A DNA stretch of 64,000 bases, taken from the NCBI GenBank assembly GCA_046563655.1, contig CM102286.1, positions 2,666,001 to 2,730,000 of the forward strand. The letters run 5' to 3'. This document shows, piece after piece, positions 10,370 to 22,799 of this stretch; within the stretch, counting starts at the first letter, position 1; every line of letters begins with the position of its first letter. The notes below the pieces were generated by a model that searched no databases, had not been told where the DNA came from, and worked only from the letters and a program-made list of their open reading frames with translations. The DNA is from Yuukianura sp. NJ FZ-2021. Lineage: Eukaryota. A program made the translations under genes and the position numbers.

Positions 10370-13300
10370 ATGGATTCCTTAAGTCCGAAGTTTCTTCTGT
10401 TTTTCTGTTTGGTACCCTTGACCTTGTGTCGACCTGTTGAAGACGAAGAGGCGCCCTCTGATGCCAAAAAGATCAATGACGAAGATGTGGCTGAGATCAT
10501 CAAGGACTTGGAGGCCCTTATAGCCAAGATCCCACTGGAACACTTTGCTGGCGACACAATGCTACATCAGGAAATAGATGAGCTGAACGAGGTCAGTTCT
10601 TACAAGGCCAACTCAACAGGCAAGAAAGAGCCGAGTGTCTACGAACGCATGGGAAAAGACAAGGACAAGAAAGCCATTGTGCTCAAACCGAGCGAAGACA
10701 AGATCACGGTCAGAAACGCCAAGAAAACGTACGTGGGCCTGCGCAGTTCAGGGGAGGGCGGACTCTACTACGTCTTTTACATTTATCTCAGGTGAACTAA
10801 CTTTTTTGAAGCTAAACTAGCTTAGAATTGGTTAAATTTCAAAATTTTAACAACTTTTTTGAAATTTGTAGAGATCCGGACTCTGGTGATAAAACGTATG
10901 CAAAGAAAATCGGTGGCGTGGACAAATTGGTTGAGTACGATTCGTGGGAAAACAGAGAAGACAAGCTGCAGAAGGTCAACAATGGCTTTGGTTGGAGCGA
11001 CTGTTCATCCAGTATCTTCATTCCATGCAAAACTACTGAAAGTGCTGGATTTGCTAAACCAAGAATTGACCATAACATCAGAGCTGTTAAGACGGAAGAG
11101 GAGGCAGCTAAAAAAGAACCACCAAAACCTGAAGGAACGTTTGCAACTGAGGATGGCTTTGACGCAAATGAAAACATTGACTTTTTCTGGGACTTGGAAG
11201 ATGATATTCAAAAGGCGCGTTTCATTGGTGTTGGGTAAAGCAATAAATTTTCAAAATTTTGAAAATTTTATTTAGAAAAAGTTTCGAAACGTAGATGTTG
11301 ACATTAGAAATTTTGTTTCCAAAGGCTTGACCTACTTGCTGGCGGTATGCAGGCAATTCCAAACTTGTTGACTGGCGTTTTCGGTGGTGTGGCGGGTATG
11401 TCTAGAGGGTTATTTGATTCAAGTGCCATACTTTGAACTATGAAAATACTAAAAGTCATTGTGTTTTTAATCTAGACGGAGTCTCCGGACGTAAGTTTAA
11501 CTTTACCAAGTTTTCAAATTTGCTATTTGTACTGTGATTGTATAAAATTCATTGGCGTAATTTTTTTTTAAATTTAGTTCTCAGTGGAGTTTTAAATACT
11601 GGATGTAAGAGGACAATACACTTTCATATTCATTTGCATATTTAAAAAATATTTCAAAAACATTCTCCCATATGAGTTAAATATGTATGAATTATATATA
11701 AGTGAATAGAAAATATAAATATAATTATAAATTATGGAATATAAATTTGTGTCAAAGCACAACTTGTGAGCGGTGTGGTCAGCGCTGGATCGGGAATGGT
11801 GAACAGCCTTCTTACGGCTGCTAGTAAGCAATGTTTTTAGCAAGTTTTCTATATTTTGCATCTGAAAAGCTAGAGTTTAGATTTAAATTATTTGATTGTG
11901 ATGTTATTATAAACTTTTCTTTACTTTTCAGGCGGTATGGTTAGCGGGTAAGTACACGCTTACATACATTGGTCAATGTAGCAGTCTGGTTTGGGACATA
12001 ACTTTCCTCAGTATAAACTAACAAGCACAACTTAAACTAATGTAATTTAAACATTTAACAACAACATTTTAGTGCGCTTTCATCCTTTCTCAACATCGGC
12101 GCCAGCATTGGTGGAGGAGGAGGTAAAATAAACTAAACAACCGCGGTCAACCAACAAAAAGCTAATTCGTCACAAGCTAGGTCGACCATACATGAGTTTA
12201 GTTCAATTAAGTAACGTTGAGTTGACCTTTGACCTTGCAGCCGGAGCAAACGTTGGACTTGGAGGAATCGGTTCTATGATTGGCGGAGTAATGGATATGG
12301 GGACCAAGTAAGTCGGGAAGATTTACGCAAGAGAATGTAATACAGAGATTGTTGGGTGAATTCTAACTATGTGATGTGTGATTTGATTTTAGATTTATTT
12401 CTGGCCTTACTAACGCAGTTGCTGGTGGACTTAACACAGCCGTTCAAATGGGAACGGGAATGTTAGACACTGGAATTAAGATGGGTAAGAAATTTAAAAA
12501 AAATACACACAAATTTTGGCATTGGCAGGTCTGAATTGAAGTGTGAATTTCTATAACTTTCGTAAATATGCAGGTACTACGCTAATGAAAACTGGGGTGG
12601 ATATGGTTGGAGGGTAAGGTGGACTTCAAAATTTTTAATTTTTAAATGAAGTTATGTGGTCTCAGAAATTTGAATTTCAAAATCGTAAAACCAACTCGTT
12701 GTAATTAATTAGAATGATTAACGCTGGAGTGAACCTCATGACCGGCATGTTCAAAGGTACTGTAATGTAATTTACATAATTTAACAATTCAAATTCGATA
12801 CACAAAATTCAAATTTTAACGTCCAAACTTGTTTGTATTTTCAAAAAAGCCGGTATGGGTCTTGTAAACAGCGTGTTGAGCTTTGGCGGTTTAGGAGGAC
12901 CTGGTGCTAAACCTCTTGATATCGGGTACGTTCAAGACTCGAAATTTAAAAATATAGCAAATCTGAATTCAAAATTTGGAACCTGATTGGAACAATTTGG
13001 TGTCAATGCTGCCTATAGTTTGTCTGTTGGCATGAACCTTGCGGGGGGATTAGCTGGCGGAGGTGACGCCGAACTGGCTAACGCTGTCCAGATTCCTCAA
13101 AGCGGTGGCATGGGAGGTCAGTTTCAAAAAAAAAACAAAAAAGAATTTTTTTTTTGTAGTTTTTAGCTGTAAATTTTTTAAGATAGGTTTTTTTTTCAAT
13201 TCAATAGATTTGATAAATTACCTTGCTATTTTTTTTTAAATCCAAAACAGGTTTAATTCAATTGGATATCTCACTGGAAAAACAATCCCCCACAGAACGT

Positions 13301-14800
13301 TCGTGATTTATTTTTTCTAAAATAATAAAGTTTTATAAAGTTTTGCTTAGATAACTTTAGCGATCAAAAACATTTTACAGCTCCAGCAGCAGCGGGTGGA
13401 GCTGGTGGTGGTGCTGGAGCTGCTGGTGGTGCTGGAGCTGGTGGTGGTGCTGGAGCTGCTGGCGGTGCTGAGGTTACGGTTGCAGTAACAGAGGCACCCG
13501 CTGCGGCCGGAGGTGATGCTGCTGCTGCTGCTGGAGGTGATGCTGCTGCTGGAGGCGATGCTGCTGCTGAAGGTCGTAGCATGAAAGGAGGACGTTCAGT
13601 AAGTGGACTAGCGGCAAAACCCAGTTCTACTCCTGGGGGAGCTGAAAATGGTACCATGGACCCGGAAAAATTTAATGAACTTGCAGTCAAAATTGCTGAA
13701 GTAATGGCAGCTAAAATGGGAGAGAAATTCGGAAAAGGTAATTTGTGAATTTCAGCGCCTTTCAGCGCTGTATTTAAAAAAACTGAATCAATTTTTCCAG
13801 AAATTTTGAAAACTGGCCTTGTGGAGCACCCCGGTTGGAAGACGATGGATGAAGGTGGAGCCCCGGGCAATACTTTATCGCATGAAGACGACGCTTTTGT
13901 AGGTTTTGGTGGTTGCGAGTATCAGAAAATCGGTGAAAGTGATTTCAACAAAGCCGACAATGCCAATGACATGATAAAAGTGCTCGCAACAGTCCTGAGG
14001 ACGCAGTGTATCAAAAAAGAACTCAAACAGTACCAACAACTCCTGGACGACAAACTGCTCGTTTTCAACGCGAAGGAAAAGACATTCGATGTACCACAAG
14101 ACAACAAGTACTTGTAAGTAACACACTCAAGTGACATAAAGCAAACCGCCAAATTCAAAAGTTATTCAAAAATGTGTTTTGCATTTTTTTAGACACATGG
14201 AGAAACTGACGCCGCGCAAACGCAGTGAATTGGCACGAGGTAAAAGCTTTAACTTTAGTTTCAATAATTTTTTCTCAAATTTGTTAGGCCTTGATACAAA
14301 CCGTGAAGCAGAAAACTGTTGCTAATTTTTGAAATACCAAGAGATTCTTTTTTAATTTTTTAGCATTCGAGATGGCTTTGTTCAGCAAAGCGTTCAAGGC
14401 CGAGCTTTTGAGCGGCGCGGGACACAGTGCACCGAAGGACTCTCCAGTTTCTAGACGCGTGCACACTCTGGGTGAAGTGATCATCTCTGGCCTTGAGCAA
14501 GTTGGAAAAGAGTTCAAATGTCACCAGGTCAAAATCCTTCGAAGCATGCTTACCACAGTAAAAGCCGCTTTTACAAAACTGTTGCAAGACTACGAAGCTA
14601 CCCGGGATTGCGAGGAGTGTACCGAAGAACTCCGAATTAACAAAAACGACCAGATTTACTTGATGACCCTCATGGAATTTATTATGCATGGCCTTGCACC
14701 GGTCCAGAAAAAGTCCGAACCGATCCGAGACGCTCTCGCGACTTTCAATTCGACAAATGTCAAAGTCATCAATAACCGAGTAGAGAACTATTTATTGTAA
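10370..14800 (+). CDS. Large orphan secreted protein (~850 aa) with Gly/Met-rich micro-exon region, Gly/Ala low-complexity linker and helical C-terminal region
   Basis: Signal peptide MDSLSPKFLLFFCLVPLTLC; exons 10370-10791, 10872-11234, about 11 small exons between 11325 and 13117, then ~13381-13737, ~13802-14113, ~14193-14239, ~14363-14800 with compatible phases and canonical splice sites. No family recognised. Confidence 0.7.
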
Positions 14801-14964
14801 ACAGTCAACCACATTTGTTACTTTGAAAATTTAAATTAAAACTACAATGAAAAGCATGTCGAGCAAAAATTTGATATTTAATGTCGAGTTCTTCTGTCTT
14901 ACAAAAGAAACATACAGTGTATAAAGGCAAGTTAGATTAGGTTATGTTAGTTTTTGGACTACAA

Positions 14965-15829
14965 CTACTTATTAGCAGCCAATTGAGTTGCGAGCCATTC
15001 GAGGCCTTCGTGAAGTCCTTCTCCGGAAGGTGCACATGTCGGTTGGATGTGCCACTTTCGAGGAGCAATTTTTGCGAGATCGAATTTTTCCGTAATTTCC
15101 TCCGTAGTCATCGCTCCGGGAATGTCCTACGGGTTAATGGAAGCGAAAATAAGAAAATCTTGATTAAAAAATACGGAGACTACGTTATTCTGACGTCATT
15201 TCAATCACCTTACTTGTTTGTTAGCAAAAATGAGGAATACTGCATCCCAGAGTTCTTCGTCTGGCAAAATACGGCCAATCAAATCATCCCGTGCTTCGTT
15301 AACACGCTCTCGATCGGTTGAATCAACAACAAAAATAATCGCCTATAAAAGTAAAATGTTGAAAAACAACTACAAGTTAACCAAAAAATTATAAAAAATT
15401 ATGGAAAATTATTTTGTGATTGACCTTTGTCCCCGGATAATAGTGTCTATAGAGAGGTCGAATTTTGTCTCCTCCTCCGGTGTCCCAAAGGACAAAGTCA
15501 ATGTTCTTGTACGTAACAGTCTCTACATTAAATCCTATGAAAACCACAAGTAAACGTTAACTCTGATGAAGTTGAGGTTTTAATCAATTTTAACTAATGA
15601 ATACCAAAATAATAACTAAATAAATAAAACAATAACTAATAAATATCAAAATTTAACATCAAATTACGCATTTTTACATACCAATTGTTGGAATCGTAGT
15701 GACAGCTTGCCCTAATTTCAATTTGTATAGAATTGTAGTTTTGCCTGCAGCGTCTAGTCCTTGAATCACGATTTTAACTTGTTCGTTGCCAAATAGGCGC
15801 TGAAAGATGCTCGCAAAAATGTTACCCAT
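14965..15829 (-). CDS. Divergent ADP-ribosylation factor (ARF) family small GTPase, 4 coding exons
   Basis: [14 protein letters not shown] (myristoylation Gly2), [65 protein letters not shown]; stop TAG at 14965-14967. Confidence 0.92.
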
Positions 15830-16368
15830 ACTGTACTTACGAATTCCTATTATTTTCGAATCTTCGCAAGTTAATAGGCCGGAGCAGAACACATGTGTTA
15901 ATGTTAACCTATTGAAGCAGCAGTTATTTGACAACTTTTTAAAAATAATTTTTCAAAAAAAGTGTTATTGAATTTAGATTTTAGCATTTGACTAAAACAA
16001 AAAAGTTCTTTACTACCAAAAGTCTTAAAACACTCTGAAAATGAATCCTGTCAAAAGCACAGGAAAAACACATAATCAAAGCATTACTCATCATAACACT
16101 TATTCTACGTGTCACTTACACGACAGGATAACTAAAAAAAAGTAAACTCGAACACGAAACATGACGATTTTTATCGACGGATTCCGAATAAACTGATTTT
16201 TCATAAACTTTATTCGTGTAATTTATTCCTGCAGTAAAATTTTTTAACATGACAGAATCATCGTTTAGAATTTGAAATTAGAATCAATTTTAATTCAATT
16301 TGATTAGACCAGAAAACTGCGGAAAATCAGAAAAAATTTGATGTTGCATTGAGCTTCAAAAACCAAGT

Positions 16369-17080
16369 TCAAGGTTCAAGGGCCGTAACGCGTCTGCGCA
16401 GTTTCTTGACCTCGGTAGCAGTTTTTTCCAAAGTCCAGAAACTGTTTTTCTGGCACACGACGACTCTGTGCATGTTGCAACTTGTCTCGTACCACTTGGC
16501 GTCACTCCAGAGCGACAATGGAGATCGAGCTTCCATGCAGCGATCAGATTCGTATTTGCTCGGTTGCCCTGGAGCCCAGTTATTATAACCTCCTGCGACA
16601 ATGTCAACTGGGTCACCATTGACCCAGTAATAGGCAGGCTTTGAAATTTCGTCGTAGTATCTACCACCCAACCAAAAACTATCAGATATACTTCCTGTGC
16701 TATTATACACATTCTGAAAGATGAAATTTTCGTATTCTTCGTCTTGTATAATCGGTAGCGATGGGTCGAAGTCGGCAGTTGCTTGAAGAATACAATGTGC
16801 TTCTGCATCACTGAATGTTAGAAGTCCCGCATCCTGAAAGACCTGGACACAGTATTCGTCCTTGAACGTTAGCCATGGAGCTTCACAGTATGCAGCCTGA
16901 GCCTCTGATTAAATAAAAAAATAAAATAAGAGTTATTAGTATTGTGGAATGTTAGTTCTTAAAAAATGTTTAGGAAAATTTATTTTTGAAAACATGTAAG
17001 CTGCTGCAAAAAATCTAACCTCCTGGTTGCAGCGATGCAGCAACCAGAACAGCCAGGAGGAGAAAGCTTTTCGACAACAT
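16369..17080 (-). CDS. Secreted C-type lectin domain protein (2 exons)
   Basis: Signal peptide MLSKSFLLLAVLVAAS; CEAPW...YC, AEAHC, FWLGG, YNNWAPGQPS, C, KWYETSC...VVCQK are C-type lectin domain motifs. Confidence 0.9.
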
Positions 17081-17813
17081 TTTTGAAAAAAAAAAGGAAA
17101 ATTAAATTTTCGAAATGCTTAGTTTGTCTGAAATCGTGGACGTATATTTATACAAACTTTAATGTTAGTGACAAAGGAGTTGGAACTTTCAAAAACGTCA
17201 TTGCATCAACGATAAGCCAAGTTAGTAAATGTAATTTTCATGTTCGCTGAAATTTTATTTGTCGTTTTCCAGGAATTTTTGTTTTGCATAACAGATTGTC
17301 AGTATAGTGTCCTTGTCGGTACTTTTTTTTTGCGTACCAGAATCCCGGAACCCGTGATCAATGTCACTTCAATATCTTTTTTGTTTTTTGAACTGTTGGT
17401 GAAAATATGGAAAACGAGCGATTTCCAAACGTTTCATATGCCTAGTACACATACAAGTAATTCTAAAATTTAATTACTTCAAAAATTTTATTCCTATAAT
17501 ATATAATATATAATGGAAAATGTTTTCGAAATTTTGAAATTGTGACATTCTTGATGTAATGTGTAACTTTGAACTTCAATTGCCCTTTACTTTACTCATT
17601 TCGATAGAATTCAAAGTACACGGTAGCAGCTAATATTTTTTGACTGCTGGAGGATTAGCAAAATTGAAACGGCGTTATGAAAAATTCGATGTTTAGTATG
17701 CATATGTTTTGTTAAAATGAAATTTTCCAGTAGGAAAGATTAAAACTGTGTGTTAAAAAGATTAGTTTCTTTCAAGACGTCGAAGAAGAAGCAGTTGTTA
17801 ATGTTTTAGCAGA

Positions 17814-19065
17814 ATGTCCTGCCCAATATACTTGTTGAGTGTAGTTACACTCCTCGGATGTTCGTTTTGGTTTACACCATGCGCATTAGCTGACAAAAAT
17901 GGAAGCGACACGCTGGAAAAATTTAACAGCGAAGCGCCAGAATTGGTTCAAAAGTTTACGCTGCATGCCGACGAACGGTGTCAAGATCCTGGAGAAAGTT
18001 ATACCGAAAATGTCCGAAACTTGGGAAAAGTTTCTCAACTGATTCAATCCAAAACGCTGAAATGCGCATGTGCAGACTTTGGAGTGTAAGAAATTCTTTA
18101 AATTTTTATTTGCGCATGACTAAAACTCCGAATTTTTCAGATGGTCGTACTCTCCGCGCATAAATTTCTATGGCGGGAAATTCGGTGGAAGTCATATTGC
18201 CGTAACGAAAATCGAGGCTGACAAGACTTGCGTCACTCTGGGCAAAAATTCAACAATTTTGTCCATCCGAAAAGTGGGAAATTCAAATGTCAACATTCCC
18301 TCCATAAGTTTTTATGTTGAAAAGAGTCTAAAAGGGCGCGAACTCTACTTGGACGGAAGCTTTGTTGACCTTCCTTGGCCAATCCTATTTCGATCTGTTG
18401 GATTTACTGGGGTCAATGCCTCTTGGGCACTCTACGGTACGACCGATGCTACTGACGTGTTCACTTGCATGGGCCAGAAAGAAAGTACGTTGATTACATA
18501 CTCCAGTGGCTCCAAAATGAACCTGATCGGTTCAGTTCGAAGAGCTGGATGTTTGTATCCTACTGGTGAAGCCGTCACAGAACCTCCAACAAATGACGAC
18601 GATTATCCCGATCCTGACGCTCCACCAACGTTGTCCTTGAACTTGCGCGATCGCTCGAAACAGCTGAGAACGGATGCAAACGAACTTCGGTTGCCTTATC
18701 CCATCACGGTGTATTCCTTTAGCTTCAGCGGTGATGCTAACTGGACAGTTTATCGTGGGATTTTGTTCAACGGTCGCTCAAAGTGTCTTCACGGTACTGG
18801 AGCTGGTGACAGCGGACCACAGAATTTCATGGACGATGCTGGGGAGTATCCAATCGGATCTATCATAGTTGGCTCTATTAAGCAAGGATGTCATCACGTG
18901 AGTTCGACAGATTCAGAGGATTATCCAGCACAAAATGATGACATCTATGACTATGAAGATGGTTATGGAAAAGTTGCTTCATCTTCCAGAACAATTTCAG
19001 CTGGCTGGACAATCATCATCTCCACTGCTGCTACAATTGTATCAATAAGCTCTATTTCATCATAA
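17814..19065 (+). CDS. Multi-motif beta/gamma-crystallin-like protein, probable GPI anchor (exons 17814-18085, 18141-19065)
   Basis: Signal peptide; same GV|W phase-2 intron as genes at 445 and 1686; repeated motifs (WSYSPRINFYG, WALYG, IGSVRR, WTVYRGILFNG, VGSIKQGC); C-terminal small residues followed by a hydrophobic tail. Confidence 0.7.
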
Positions 19066-19200
19066 TTCCAAATGTCCATACCAGATCATTCGAGAATTGA
19101 AACAGATAAAAAAACAAGATCAAAAAGATGATCTGCTGTATTTAAATCTACTAATACCAAGCGTTGACGTTAACGGTGAGTGTATGAGTCCGCAGCAGAA

Positions 19201-19370
19201 ATGGTCAAAACAATTTGATCAAGTAGTGAAATGTCAAAAAGTGAAAATGTCAACCATTACAAATAGCAGGTTAGGTTTGGCTAACTAGGTTTTCTTATGT
19301 TTGAGCTTCTCACTTTTGTACCTTTTCACTTTTTGAACAAATTGTTTTTGACCAAATTGCTTTTGACCAT
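19201..19370. repeat. Short foldback / MITE-like inverted repeat
   Basis: ATGGTCAAAACAATTTGATCAA at 19201 pairs with TTGACCAAATTGCTTTTGACCAT ending 19370; internal AAAAAGTGAAAA / TTTTCACTTTTT also pair. Confidence 0.55.
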
Positions 19371-19634
19371 AATATATGGAATCGTATGACTCATACTGGA
19401 ACGACTAGTATAGCTGCAGCAAATACTAAGACAAGACAGCATGACACATTCTGAAATTTCTAAAATTCACAAATAAAAAGAACAATGTCTGTGTTTAGTG
19501 GATATTATCGTTATCCGTTATCACTGGAATGTGTGGATTTGAAATCCTAAAGCACTTTATAACAACTCTGTAGAATGATACTTTGTACCATGCGTAATTT
19601 CACTGTGGTCGATAATTGGTCAGGTTGCGTTTCA

Positions 19635-21663
19635 TCAGTCTTGATCATCATCATCTGTAGTAATGTCAGTTTCATCATCAACGTAAACTTCGGCGTATCC
19701 CGAAAGGAGACTTTCCAAATCTTGAATGGTTTCAGGCATTGGTTTCTTCAGGGTTTCTGGAAGCCAGAGATTTAGAAAACCAGAAGTAAAGCTAAGTGCA
19801 CCGAGAATGAGGAACTGTCCAGAGGGTGTATATGAATTCTGGGAAAACAAAGTTTGTTAGCATTCGAAATCCAAAATTCCAATCATTCGATTTTTTTTTT
19901 GTGATTTACGGCAAATGATGTCAAAGGTGAGATGATTCCACCGATTCGAGCAAAGCAACTGCATAATCCAAGGCCACTGTTTCTGATTACTGTTGGGAAC
20001 AGTTCTGCAGAATGAATGTAAATTATTGAAAAACTGGCGGCAATTGCCAATTTTCCAAATAATGGGAGAAATAGGGTTGTGCTCCATTTGACAGCAAGGC
20101 ATGCAATTCCACCAAGCATCATAAATGCAGCTAAAGGTCTTCGTCTTCCGCTCCTAAAAACGAAAGCACATCGATATTTATCGGTTAAAATTGCGGTAAA
20201 AGCATAGGATTCAAAAAATGACGATTGATCAACTGACCACTCAATCAGCAGAGTAGCAATGACGTAGGCTGGCAGTTCGACAGCCCCGCTCAGAGCTTCG
20301 CTCATGTAAATATTGGATCCCAAGTCTCCAGCAGCGAGGGTGAGGCCATAGTAAACGACACTGTTTACAAACCTATGACACAACACACCAATTTAAAAAA
20401 AACGTTTAGGAGGCTTAATTTTCATTACTCACCAAGAAAACAGCTGAATGAGTGTGACGAAGCATATTTTTGGACTCCTGAAGACATGCTTCAATTCAAT
20501 GTTGTGTCCATGTACATTATTATTGTCTTTACTATCAAGAGCTCCGGCCGGAAGCCGTGTCTTATTTCTGATAGCAATCCGAGTCAATATTTTTCTGGCC
20601 TCCTCTGACTTTCCGTGGGTGATGAGCCATCGCGGTGACTCAGGAATCCATCTAATATGAAAAAATACAAAATGTCGAAAACAAGCAAATACAGCCAAAA
20701 TAGAGAAACTTACAATATCGATGGAAGGAAAATAAGACCGAGACATCCCGAAATTAGACTAAGATTTCTCCAGCTCGAGACAAAATAGCCGAGGATGCTG
20801 TAAGCAATAATTCCAACGGCGAAGAAAGCCTACAAAAGTACATTCTGATTAATTTTTTTTTCATAATTTTAGTAAGTATGAACTTACCTGGAAAATATTA
20901 CCGCACACTCCTCTTTTGCTTGGACCAACCAGTTCACTGGAGAGTACGAAACAGGAAAGCATGTTTCCTGCTGTGAAGAAACCATTGAAACACCTTCATA
21001 AAGAACAACAAAAAAGAGTATAACACTTAAATCGATGGATTTAATTTCGTATTGTGACGTACCTTGCCACGGCATACAGATAATAAGTGGACATAAACGA
21101 AGACGTAACTCCAGAAACCACTAGCCCAATGGTTGTCGCCAAAAGCGTGTATTTTCGCCCAAATGAATCCGCTATGGGGCCAAACACAAGTGCTCCAACC
21201 ATCACACCCGCAAAGAAAATACTTTGCAGAAAGTTCGTTTTGTACTTCTGATCGCACACAAGTCCCCACTTGAACAAACAGAACAAAAACAAACCAATCA
21301 GAACCTATACTTCACCAACTTCAAATAAACATCACTAACCTCTCGAGCAAATGTGTCCGGAATAACATTGTAGGTGATAGTTTCACATTGCGACAGGTTA
21401 TTCATTGGACATGAGTCCTTCAACTCGGTTCCATTGAAGCCCAAGCATTTGAACGATGGTGCCTGGCCTGTGAAAATTCGATATTTACGTGATGAGTAAA
21501 AAATTCACCATAAAAAACACCATTAGACTGAGTTTTCACCTGTGAAGACAATCTGAATCATGTTGAACGGTGGGTACAAATTGAAGATGGACAACGAAAG
21601 AAAGTAAATCCTTTGGAGTGGTCCAAATTCCCCAATCTGTGTATAAATTTCGTCGAGATCCAT
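19635..21663 (-). CDS. SLC22 organic cation/zwitterion transporter (MFS), SLC22A15-like; multi-exon
   Basis: [87 protein letters not shown] are SLC22 hallmark motifs. Confidence 0.92.
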
Positions 21664-22799
21664 TTCTAATACCGCTCACGTTACAATCTTTATAAGACGG
21701 CAAATACGATGTCAAATCCAACTCAACGCTAAATACTGATCTGTAACATAAAAAAAATCAATCCAATTACATGCAAACATGTCCCAATCCATTTCAATGG
21801 ATCACTCCTCCCTCATCCAATCCTGTGCTCTTATACATGTGATTTTGTGATTGGGGTTGAAAAATTATACATTTAACTTAACTCAAATGTCAATCGCTTC
21901 GACCGTTCGACCAGTTGGCTTGACCCCTCGTTGATTCCACAATCCAGATCCAGATTCAGCCACCTCACAGCATCCGGCGATCCGGCATATACAAAATCGT
22001 TGACAGCCTGTTGCTACTTACCATTTATTTGGTTAACAACTCTTTACTTGGTGCCAACGACGAGTGACCTTGACCTCTAATCACGAATGACACCTAACCT
22101 AATCGTCTGTTTTGACCTCTTGATTTGATCAATTAACGTGCATGAAATTGAAAAATAAACAGCTGTTCGCTGCTGACTTTTCCATATGTCAAACTTTTTT
22201 CCCGCCACAATTTTTGAAATGGCATTTCAAATTGTAGTAGTGAAGCTTATCACTATGAAATAAAATCAAATTAAGTTTAACCTTAGCTTAACTTAATCTA
22301 AAGCCATAATTAACATTTTCATTAGTCAAACGTGTAGTTAGTAGACTGCGTTTCCGTTATATATGAAAACTGACTGTCATTGGAATTTATAACTCAAATC
22401 CACAGAGTAATGCAAGAAACCACGCCTTTTGGTTTGGCCTTATAAAAAAATGTAACGATTCCCAATATCCATTCCCACACGTCCCCCTCCCTGTAATGCT
22501 AAACTTATAAATCAGAAGTTGAATCTTGTTCTTAATCTTATAGGAAAAGATACTAATGTGAGACTTAAGGCTTGGGGGGAGATCATGTACAAAAACGTTT
22601 TTGGTTATCGGCTTCATGTCTAGTCCTGGAAGGTGTACCGCAAAGCCGTCAAGAGTGGTTTGGTTTTGTGCATCTTTGATCTAGAAAGCAACTTTTATTA
22701 ACGTCTTTTCAGTAGTTGTGTGACTTCAATCTTGGCACGCATTCAAGTTGACAATCGCTGCTCCATTTGATTCAATTTGGTCCGACTTCTGCTAGTATT

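Noticed and set aside
13364..13870. Pro/Ala-rich 168-aa ORF on the minus strand
   Set aside because: Antisense shadow of the Gly/Ala-rich plus-strand exon, which has proper splice sites and phase continuity.
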